Assembly: GCA_964057225.1 (NCBI GenBank) | Contig: OZ059900.1 | Location: 20,584,001 to 20,648,000 of the forward strand | Direction of reading: 5' to 3' | Source of the DNA: Auanema rhodensis | Taxonomy: Eukaryota > Animalia > Nematoda | Length of the DNA: 64,000 nucleotides | In this document: in pieces, positions 1-12,000 of the stretch | Numbering within the stretch: the first letter of the stretch is position 1 | Layout of the letters: the number at the start of each line of letters is the position of its first letter | Notes under the pieces: model-generated | What the model saw: the letters and a program-made list of their open reading frames with translations, nothing else | Told to the model about the DNA's origin: nothing | The model's database searches: none | Translations under genes and position numbers: made by a program

Positions 1-3000
1 CAAAAACTGGTTTACCAGCATAATAAAATATTTCTCATGAGAAATACTGTGTTTTTGTATTTTTCTAGTGTTCAGCATGTAAAATGCTTCATTTTAGTAT
101 GTAACACGCTGAAATTCGTTGCATTTGACGACTCATACGAACAAAAATCGATTTAATCAATATTAGCCATAAGGGGCGTGCCCTCAGAATATGCTAATTT
201 ACTTAATTTTCTAACCCCTGTTTTTTTGTCGTGAAAGTGGAACTAGACGTTGTACAAACAATTTTGAGCTAGGTTTCATTGACATTGCATGAGTTTGAAC
301 ACATGAAATCGTAAGTCAAAACCTTGTTTACAGCGAAATTTCCAAAAACTGGTTTTCCAGCATAATAAAATATTTCTCATGGGAAATACTGTGTTTTGGT
401 ATTTTTCTAGTGTTCAGCATGTAAAATGCTTCATTTTAGTATGTAACACGCTGAAATTCGTTGCATTTGACGACTCATATGAACAAAAATCGATTTAATC
501 AATATTAGCCATAAGGGGCGTGCCCTCAGAATATGCTAATTTCCTTAATTTTCTAACCCCTGTATTTTGTCGTGAAAGTGGAACTAGACGTTGTAGGAAC
601 AATTTTGAGCTAGGTTTCATTGACATTGCATGAGTTTGAACACATGAAATCGTAAGTCAAAACCTTGTTTACAGCGAAATTTCCAAAAACTGGTTTTCCA
701 GCATAATAAAATATTTCTCATGGGAAATACTTAGTTTTTGTATTTTTCTAGTGTTCAGCATGTAAAATGCTTCATTTTAGTATGTAACACGCTGAAATTC
801 GTTGCATTTGACGACTCATATGAACAAAAATCGATTTAATCAATATTAGCCATAAGGGGCGTGCCCTCAGAATATGCTAATTTCCTTAATTTTCTAACCC
901 CTGTTTTTTTGTCGTGAAAGTGGAACTAGACGTTGTACAAACAATTTTGAGCTAGGTTTCATTGACATTGCATGAGTTTGAACACATGAAATCGTAAGTC
1001 AAAACCTTGTTTACAGCGAAATTTCCAAAAACTGGTTTTCCAGCATAATAAAATTTTTCTCATGGGAAATACTGTGTTTTTGTATTTTTCTAGTGTTCAG
1101 CATGTAAAATAATTCATTTTAGTATGTAACACGCTGAAATTCGTTGCATTTGACGACTCATATGAACAAAAATCGATTTAATCAATATTAGCCATAAGGG
1201 GCGTGCCCTCAGAATATGCTAATTTCCTAAACTTTCTAACCCCTGTTTTTTTGTCGTGAAAGTGGAACTAGACGTTGTACGAACAATTTTGAGCTAGGTT
1301 TCATTGACATTGCAAGAGTTTGAACACATGAAATCGTAAGTCAAAACCTTGTTTACAGCGAAATTTCCAAAAACTGGTTTTCCAGCATAATAAAATATTT
1401 CTCATGGGAAAAACTGTGTTTTTGTATTTTTTTAGTGTTCAGCATGTAAAATATTTCATTTTAGTATGTAACACGCTGAAATTCGTTGCATTTGACGACT
1501 CATATGAACAAAAATCGATTTAATCAATATTAGCCATAAGGGGCGTGCCCTCAGAATATGCTAATTTCCTTAATTTTCTAACCCCTGTTTTTTTGTCGTG
1601 AAAGTGGAACTAGACGTTGTACAAACAATTTTGAGCTAGGTTTCATTGACATTGCATGAGTTTGAACACATGAAATCGTAAGTCAAAACCTTGTTTACAG
1701 CGAAATTTCCAAAAACTGGTTTTCCAGCATAATAAAATATTTCTCATGGGAAATACTGTGTTTTTGTATTTTTCTAGTGTTCAGCATGTAAAATGCTTCA
1801 TTTTAGTATGTAACACGCTGAAATTCGTTGCATTTGACTACTCATATGAACAAAAATCGATTTAATCAATATTAGCCATAAGGGGCGTGCCCTCAGAATA
1901 TGCTAATTTCCTTAATTTTCTAACCCCTGTTTTTTTGTCGTGAAAGTGGAACTAGACGTTGTACGAACAATTTTGAGCTAGGTTTCATTGACATTGCATG
2001 AGTTTGAACACATGAAATCGTATGTCAAAACCTTGTTTACAGCGAAATTTCCAAAAACTGGTTTTCCAGCATAATAAAATATTTCTCATGGGAAAAACTG
2101 TGTTTTTGTATTTTTTAGTGTTCAGCATGTAAAATGCTTCATTTTAGTATGTAACACGCTGAAATTCGTTGCAGTTGACGACTCATATGAACAAAAATCG
2201 ATTTAATCAATATTAGCCATAAGGGGCGTGCCCTCAGAATATGCTAATTTCTCAAACTTTCTAACCCCTGTTTTTTTGTCGTGAAAGTGGAACTAGACGT
2301 TGTACAAACAATTTTGAGCTAGGTTTCATTGACATTGCATGAGTTTGAACATATGAAATCGTAAGTCAAAACCTTGTTTACAGCGAAATTTCCAAAAACT
2401 GGTTTTCAAGCATAATAAAATATTTCTCATGGGAAATACTGTGTTTTTGTATTTTTCTAGTGTTCAGCATGTAAAATGCTTCATTTTAGTTTGTAACACG
2501 CTGAAATTCGTTGCATTTGACGACTCATATGAACAAAAATCGATTTAATCAATATTAGCCATAAGGGGCGTGCCCTCAGAATATGCTAATTTCCTTAATT
2601 TTCTAACCCCTGTTTTTTTGTCGTGAAAGTGGAACTAGACGTTGTACAAACAATTTTGAGCTAGGTTTCATTGACATTGCATGAGTTTGAACACATGAAA
2701 TCGTAAGTCAAAACCTTGTTTACAGCGAAATTTCCAAAAACTGGTTTTCCAGCATAATAAAATTTTTCTCATGGGAAATACTGTGTTTTTGTATTTTTCT
2801 AGTGTTCAGCATGTAAAATAATTCATTTTAGTATGTAACACGCTGAAATTCGTTGCATTTGACGACTCATATGAACAAAAATCGATTTAATCAATATTAG
2901 CCATAAGGGGCGTGCCCTCAGAATATGCTAATTTCCTAAACTTTCTAACCCCTGTTTTTTTGTCGTGAAAGTGGAACTAGACGTTGTACGAACAATTTTG

Positions 3001-6000
3001 AGCTAGGTTTCATTGACATTGCAAGAGTTTGAACACATGAAATCGTAAGTCAAAACCTTGTTTACAGCGAAATTTCCAAAAACTGGTTTTCCAGCATAAT
3101 AAAATATTTCTCATGGGAAAAACTGTGTTTTTGTATTTTTTTAGTGTTCAGCATGTAAAATATTTCATTTTAGTATGTAACACGCTGAAATTCGTTGCAT
3201 TTGACGACTCATATGAACAAAAATCGATTTAATCAATATTAGCCATAAGGGGCGTGCCCTCAGAATATGCTAATTTCCTAAACTTTCTAACCCCTGTTTT
3301 TTTGTCGTGAAAGTGGAACTAGACGTTGTACAAACAATTTTGAGCTAGGTTTCATTGACATTGCATGAGTTTGAACACATGAAATCGTAAGTCAAAACCT
3401 TGTTTACAGCGAAATTTCCAAAAACTGGTTTTCCAGCATAATAAAATATTTCTCATGAGAAATACTGTGTTTTTGTATTTTTCTAGTGTTCAGCATGTAA
3501 AATGCTTCATTTTAGTATGTAACACGCTGAAATTCGTTGCATTTGACGACTCATATGAACAAAAATCGATTTAATCAATATTAGCCATAAGGGGCGTGCC
3601 CTCAGAATATGCTAATTTCCTTAATTTTCTAACCCCTGTTTTTTTGTCGTGAAAGTGGAACTAGACGTTGTACAAACAATTTTGAGCTAGGTTTCATTGA
3701 CATTGCATGAGTTTGAACACATGAAATCGTAAGTCAAAACCTTGTTTACAGCGAAATTTCCAAAAACTGGTTTTCCAGCATAATAAAATATTTCTCATGG
3801 GAAATACTGTGTTTTTGTATTTTTCTAGTGTTCAGCATGTAAAATGCTTCATTTTAGTATGTAACACGCTGAAATTCGTTGCATTTGACGACTCATATGA
3901 ACAAAAATCGATTTAATCAATATTAGCCATAAGGGGCGTGCCCTCAGAATATGCTAATTTCCTTAATTTTCTAACCCCTGTTTTTTGTCGTGAAAGTGGA
4001 ACTAGACGTTGTAGGAACAATTTTGAGCTAGGTTTCATTGACATTGCATGAGTTTGAACACATGAAATCGTAAGTCAAAACCTTGTTTACAGCGAAATTT
4101 CCAAAAACTGGTTTTCCAGCATAATAAAATATTTCTCATGGGAAATACTGTGTTTTTGTATTTTTCTAGTGTTCAGCATGTAAAATGCTTCATTTTAGTA
4201 TGTAACACGCTGAAATTCGTTGCATTTGACTACTCATATGAACAAAAATCGATTTAATCAATATTAGCCATAAGGGGCGTGCCCTCAGAATATGCTAATT
4301 TCCTTAATTTTCTAACCCCTGTTTTTTTGTCGTGAAAGTGGAACTAGACGTTGTACAAACAATTTTGAGCTAGGTTTCATTGACATTGCATGAGTTTGAA
4401 CACATGAAATCGTAAGTCAAAACCTTGTTTACAGCGAAATTTCCAAAAACTGGTTTACCAGCATAATAAAATATTTCTCATGAGAAATACTGTGTTTTTG
4501 TATTTTTCTAGTGTTCAGCATGTAAAATGCTTCATTTTAGTATGTAACACGCTGAAATTCGTTGCATTTGACGACTCATATGAACAAAAATCGATTTAAT
4601 CAATATTAGCCATAAGGGGCGTGCCCTCAGAATATGCTAATTTCCTTAATTTTCTAACCCCTGTTTTTTTGTCGTGAAAGTGGAACTAGACGTTGTACAA
4701 ACAATTTTGAGCTAGGTTTCATTGACATTGCATGAGTTTGAACACATGAAATCGTAAGTCAAAACCTTGTTTACAGCGAAATGTCCAAAAACTGGTTTTC
4801 CAGCATAATAAAATTTTTCTCATGGGAAATACTGTGTTTTTGTATTTTTCTAGTGTTCAGCATGTAAAATAATTCATTTTAGTATGTAACACGCTGAAAT
4901 TCGTTGCATTTGACGACTCATACGAACAAAAATCGATTTAATCAATATTAGCCATAAGGGGCGTGCCCTCAGAATATGCTAATTTCCTTAATTTTCTAAC
5001 CCCTGTTTTTTTGTCGTGAAAGTGGAACTAGACGTTGTACAAACAATTTTGAGCTAGGTTTCATTGACATTGCATGAGTTTGAACACATGAAATCGTAAG
5101 TCAAAACCTTGTTTACAGCGAAATTTCCAAAAACTGGTTTTCCAGCATAATAAAATTTTTCTCATGGGAAATACTGTGTTTTTGTATTTTTCTAGTGTTC
5201 AGCATGTAAAATAATTCATTTTAGTATGTAACACGCTGAAATTCGTTGCATTTGACGACTCATATGAACAAAAATCGATTTAATCAATATTAGCCATAAG
5301 GGGCGTGCCCTCAGAATATGCTAATTTCCTAAACTTTCTAACCCCTGTTTTTTTGTCGTGAAAGTGGAACTAGACGTTGTACGAACAATTTTGAGCTAGG
5401 TTTCATTGACATTGCAAGAGTTTGAACACATGAAATCGTAAGTCAAAACCTTGTTTACAGCGAAATTTCCAAAAACTGGTTTTCCAGCATAATAAAATAT
5501 TTCTCATGGGAAAAACTGTGTTTTTGTATTTTTTTAGTGTTCAGCATGTAAAATATTTCATTTTAGTATGTAACACGCTGAAATTCGTTGCATTTGACGA
5601 CTCATATGAACAAAAATCGATTTAATCAATATTAGCCATAAGGGGCGTGCCCTCAGAATATGCTAATTTCCTTAATTTTCTAACCCCTGTTTTTTTGTCG
5701 TGAAAGTGGAACTAGACGTTGTACAAACAATTTTGAGCTAGGTTTCATTGACATTGCATGAGTTTGAACACATGAAATCGTAAGTCAAAACCTTGTTTAC
5801 AGCGAAATTTCCAAAAACTGGTTTTCCAGCATAATAAAATATTTCTCATGGGAAATACTGTGTTTTTGTATTTTTCTAGTGTTCAGCATGTAAAATGCTT
5901 CATTTTAGTATGTAACACGCTGAAATTCGTTGCATTTGACTACTCATATGAACAAAAATCGATTTAATCAATATTAGCCATAAGGGGCGTGCCCTCAGAA

Positions 6001-9000
6001 TATGCTAATTTCCTTAATTTTCTAACCCCTGTTTTTTTGTCGTGAAAGTGGAACTAGACGTTGTACGAACAATTTTGAGCTAGGTTTCATTGACATTGCA
6101 TGAGTTTGAACACATGAAATCGTATGTCAAAACCTTGTTTACAGCGAAATTTCCAAAAACTGGTTTTCCAGCATAATAAAATATTTCTCATGGGAAAAAC
6201 TGTGTTTTTGTATTTTTTAGTGTTCAGCATGTAAAATGCTTCATTTTAGTATGTAACACGCTGAAATTCGTTGCAGTTGACGACTCATATGAACAAAAAT
6301 CGATTTAATCAATATTAGCCATAAGGGGCGTGCCCTCAGAATATGCTAATTTCTCAAACTTTCTAACCCCTGTTTTTTTGTCGTGAAAGTGGAACTAGAC
6401 GTTGTACAAACAATTTTGAGCTAGGTTTCATTGACATTGCATGAGTTTGAACATATGAAATCGTAAGTCAAAACCTTGTTTACAGCGAAATTTCCAAAAA
6501 CTGGTTTTCAAGCATAATAAAATATTTCTCATGGGAAATACTGTGTTTTTGTATTTTTCTAGTGTTCAGCATGTAAAATGCTTCATTTTAGTTTGTAACA
6601 CGCTGAAATTCGTTGCATTTGACGACTCATATGAACAAAAATCGATTTAATCAATATTAGCCATAAGGGGCGTGCCCTCAGAATATGCTAATTTCCTTAA
6701 TTTTCTAACCCCTGTTTTTTTGTCGTGAAAGTGGAACTAGACGTTGTACAAACAATTTTGAGCTAGGTTTCATTGACATTGCATGAGTTTGAACACATGA
6801 AATCGTAAGTCAAAACCTTGTTTACAGCGAAATTTCCAAAAACTGGTTTTCCAGCATAATAAAATTTTTCTCATGGGAAATACTGTGTTTTTGTATTTTT
6901 CTAGTGTTCAGCATGTAAAATAATTCATTTTAGTATGTAACACGCTGAAATTCGTTGCATTTGACGACTCATATGAACAAAAATCGATTTAATCAATATT
7001 AGCCATAAGGGGCGTGCCCTCAGAATATGCTAATTTCCTAAACTTTCTAACCCCTGTTTTTTTGTCGTGAAAGTGGAACTAGACGTTGTACGAACAATTT
7101 TGAGCTAGGTTTCATTGACATTGCAAGAGTTTGAACACATGAAATCGTAAGTCAAAACCTTGTTTACAGCGAAATTTCCAAAAACTGGTTTTCCAGCATA
7201 ATAAAATATTTCTCATGGGAAAAACTGTGTTTTTGTATTTTTTTAGTGTTCAGCATGTAAAATATTTCATTTTAGTATGTAACACGCTGAAATTCGTTGC
7301 ATTTGACGACTCATATGAACAAAAATCGATTTAATCAATATTAGCCATAAGGGGCGTGCCCTCAGAATATGCTAATTTCCTAAACTTTCTAACCCCTGTT
7401 TTTTTGTCGTGAAAGTGGAACTAGACGTTGTACAAACAATTTTGAGCTAGGTTTCATTGACATTGCATGAGTTTGAACACATGAAATCGTAAGTCAAAAC
7501 CTTGTTTACAGCGAAATTTCCAAAAACTGGTTTTCCAGCATAATAAAATATTTCTCATGAGAAATACTGTGTTTTTGTATTTTTCTAGTGTTCAGCATGT
7601 AAAATGCTTCATTTTAGTATGTAACACGCTGAAATTCGTTGCATTTGACGACTCATATGAACAAAAATCGATTTAATCAATATTAGCCATAAGGGGCGTG
7701 CCCTCAGAATATGCTAATTTCCTTAATTTTCTAACCCCTGTTTTTTTGTCGTGAAAGTGGAACTAGACGTTGTACAAACAATTTTGAGCTAGGTTTCATT
7801 GACATTGCATGAGTTTGAACACATGAAATCGTAAGTCAAAACCTTGTTTACAGCGAAATTTCCAAAAACTGGTTTTCCAGCATAATAAAATATTTCTCAT
7901 GGGAAATACTGTGTTTTTGTATTTTTCTAGTGTTCAGCATGTAAAATGCTTCATTTTAGTATGTAACACGCTGAAATTCGTTGCATTTGACGACTCATAT
8001 GAACAAAAATCGATTTAATCAATATTAGCCATAAGGGGCGTGCCCTCAGAATATGCTAATTTCCTTAATTTTCTAACCCCTGTTTTTTGTCGTGAAAGTG
8101 GAACTAGACGTTGTAGGAACAATTTTGAGCTAGGTTTCATTGACATTGCATGAGTTTGAACACATGAAATCGTAAGTCAAAACCTTGTTTACAGCGAAAT
8201 TTCCAAAAACTGGTTTTCCAGCATAATAAAATATTTCTCATGGGAAATACTGTGTTTTTGTATTTTTCTAGTGTTCAGCATGTAAAATGCTTCATTTTAG
8301 TATGTAACACGCTGAAATTCGTTGCATTTGACTACTCATATGAACAAAAATCGATTTAATCAATATTAGCCATAAGGGGCGTGCCCTCAGAATATGCTAA
8401 TTTCCTTAATTTTCTAACCCCTGTTTTTTTGTCGTGAAAGTGGAACTAGACGTTGTACAAACAATTTTGAGCTAGGTTTCATTGACATTGCATGAGTTTG
8501 AACACATGAAATCGTAAGTCAAAACCTTGTTTACAGCGAAATTTCCAAAAACTGGTTTACCAGCATAATAAAATATTTCTCATGAGAAATACTGTGTTTT
8601 TGTATTTTTCTAGTGTTCAGCATGTAAAATGCTTCATTTTAGTATGTAACACGCTGAAATTCGTTGCATTTGACGACTCATATGAACAAAAATCGATTTA
8701 ATCAATATTAGCCATAAGGGGCGTGCCCTCAGAATATGCTAATTTCCTTAATTTTCTAACCCCTGTTTTTTTGTCGTGAAAGTGGAACTAGACGTTGTAC
8801 AAACAATTTTGAGCTAGGTTTCATTGACATTGCATGAGTTTGAACACATGAAATCGTAAGTCAAAACCTTGTTTACAGCGAAATGTCCAAAAACTGGTTT
8901 TCCAGCATAATAAAATTTTTCTCATGGGAAATACTGTGTTTTTGTATTTTTCTAGTGTTCAGCATGTAAAATAATTCATTTTAGTATGTAACACGCTGAA

Positions 9001-12000
9001 ATTCGTTGCATTTGACGACTCATATGAACAAAAATCGATTTAATCAATATTAGCCATAAGGGGCGTGCCCTCAGAATATGCTAATTTCCTAAACTTTCTA
9101 ACCCCTGTTTTTTTGTCGTAAAAGTGGAACTAGACGTTGTACGAACAATTTTGAGCTAGGTTTCATTGACATTGCAAGAGTTTGAACACATGAAATCGTA
9201 AGTCAAAACCTTGTTTACAGCGAAATTTCCAAAAACTGGTTTTCCAGCATAATAAAATATTTCTCATGGGAAAAACTGTGTTTTTGTATTTTTTTAGTGT
9301 TCAGCATGTAAAATATTTCATTTTAGTATGTAACACGCTGAAATTCGTTGCATTTGACGACTCATATGAACAAAAATCGATTTAATCAATATTAGCCATA
9401 AGGGGCGTGCCCTCAGAATATGCTAATTTCCTAAACTTTCTAACCCCTGTTTTTTTGTCGTGAAAGTGGAACTAGACGTTGTACGAACAATTTTGAGCTA
9501 GGTTTCATTGACATTGCAAGAGTTTGAACACATGAAATCGTAAGTCAAAACCTTGTTTACAGCGAAATTTCCAAAAACTGGTTTACCAGCATAATAAAAT
9601 ATTTCTCATGAGAAATACTGTGTTTTTGTATTTTTCTAGTGTTCAGCATGTAAAATGCTTCATTTTAGTATGTAACACGCTGAAATTCGTTGCATTTGAC
9701 GACTCATACGAACAAAAATCGATTTAATCAATATTAGCCATAAGGGGCGTGCCCTCAGAATATGCTAATTTACTTAATTTTCTAACCCCTGTTTTTTTGT
9801 CGTGAAAGTGGAACTAGACGTTGTACAAACAATTTTGAGCTAGGTTTCATTGACATTGCATGAGTTTGAACACATGAAATCGTAAGTCAAAACCTTGTTT
9901 ACAGCGAAATTTCCAAAAACTGGTTTTCCAGCATAATAAAATATTTCTCATGGGAAATACTGTGTTTTGGTATTTTTCTAGTGTTCAGCATGTAAAATGC
10001 TTCATTTTAGTATGTAACACGCTGAAATTCGTTGCATTTGACGACTCATATGAACAAAAATCGATTTAATCAATATTAGCCATAAGGGGCGTGCCCTCAG
10101 AATATGCTAATTTCCTTAATTTTCTAACCCCTGTATTTTGTCGTGAAAGTGGAACTAGACGTTGTAGGAACAATTTTGAGCTAGGTTTCATTGACATTGC
10201 ATGAGTTTGAACACATGAAATCGTAAGTCAAAACCTTGTTTACAGCGAAATTTCCAAAAACTGGTTTTCCAGCATAATAAAATATTTCTCATGGGAAATA
10301 CTTAGTTTTTGTATTTTTCTAGTGTTCAGCATGTAAAATGCTTCATTTTAGTATGTAACACGCTGAAATTCGTTGCATTTGACGACTCATATGAACAAAA
10401 ATCGATTTAATCAATATTAGCCATAAGGGGCGTGCCCTCAGAATATGCTAATTTCCTTAATTTTCTAACCCCTGTTTTTTTGTCGTGAAAGTGGAACTAG
10501 ACGTTGTACAAACAATTTTGAGCTAGGTTTCATTGACATTGCATGAGTTTGAACACATGAAATCGTAAGTCAAAACCTTGTTTACAGCGAAATTTCCAAA
10601 AACTGGTTTTCCAGCATAATAAAATTTTTCTCATGGGAAATACTGTGTTTTTGTATTTTTCTAGTGTTCAGCATGTAAAATAATTCATTTTAGTATGTAA
10701 CACGCTGAAATTCGTTGCATTTGACGACTCATATGAACAAAAATCGATTTAATCAATATTAGCCATAAGGGGCGTGCCCTCAGAATATGCTAATTTCCTA
10801 AACTTTCTAACCCCTGTTTTTTTGTCGTGAAAGTGGAACTAGACGTTGTACGAACAATTTTGAGCTAGGTTTCATTGACATTGCAAGAGTTTGAACACAT
10901 GAAATCGTAAGTCAAAACCTTGTTTACAGCGAAATTTCCAAAAACTGGTTTTCCAGCATAATAAAATATTTCTCATGGGAAAAACTGTGTTTTTGTATTT
11001 TTTTAGTGTTCAGCATGTAAAATATTTCATTTTAGTATGTAACACGCTGAAATTCGTTGCATTTGACGACTCATATGAACAAAAATCGATTTAATCAATA
11101 TTAGCCATAAGGGGCGTGCCCTCAGAATATGCTAATTTCCTTAATTTTCTAACCCCTGTTTTTTTGTCGTGAAAGTGGAACTAGACGTTGTACAAACAAT
11201 TTTGAGCTAGGTTTCATTGACATTGCATGAGTTTGAACACATGAAATCGTAAGTCAAAACCTTGTTTACAGCGAAATTTCCAAAAACTGGTTTTCCAGCA
11301 TAATAAAATATTTCTCATGGGAAATACTGTGTTTTTGTATTTTTCTAGTGTTCAGCATGTAAAATGCTTCATTTTAGTATGTAACACGCTGAAATTCGTT
11401 GCATTTGACTACTCATATGAACAAAAATCGATTTAATCAATATTAGCCATAAGGGGCGTGCCCTCAGAATATGCTAATTTCCTTAATTTTCTAACCCCTG
11501 TTTTTTTGTCGTGAAAGTGGAACTAGACGTTGTACAAACAATTTTGAGCTAGGTTTCATTGACATTGCATGAGTTTGAACACATGAAATCGTAAGTCAAA
11601 ACCTTGTTTACAGCGAAATTTCCAAAAACTGGTTTTCCAGCATAATAAAATATTTCTCATGAGAAATACTGTGTTTTTGTATTTTTCTAGTGTTCAGTAT
11701 GTAAAATGCTTCATTTTAGTATGTAACACGCTGAAATTCGTTGCATTTGACGACTCATATGAACAAAAATCGATTTAATCAATATTAGCCATAAGGGGCG
11801 TGCCCTCAGAATATGCTAATTTCCTTAATTTTCTAACCCCTGTTTTTTTGTCGTGAAAGTGGAACTAGACGTTGTACGAACAATTTTGAGCTAGGTTTCA
11901 TTGACATTGCATGAGTTTGAACACATGAAATCGTATGTCAAAACCTTGTTTACAGCGAAATTTCCAAAAACTGGTTTTCCAGCATAATAAAATATTTCTC

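Noticed and set aside
114-130. CENP-B-box-like motif ATTCGTTGCATTTGACG
   Set aside because: It shares TTCGTTG and the central A with the mammalian box but lacks the essential CGGG (6 of 9 core bases), so it is not supportable as functional.
211-219. Telomere-like CTAACCCCT
   Set aside because: It is a single short match per monomer with no tandem run.
1-342. Tandem 5S rRNA, tRNA, snRNA or spliced-leader gene unit
   Set aside because: I recognise no Pol III boxes, cloverleaf or known RNA sequence. An Rfam/Infernal scan would be needed to exclude this formally.
1-342. Assigning a species or named satellite family
   Set aside because: Monomers of 340-360 bp occur in many taxa and I do not recognise the sequence; length alone is insufficient. 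It needs BLASTN or Dfam/Repbase searches.
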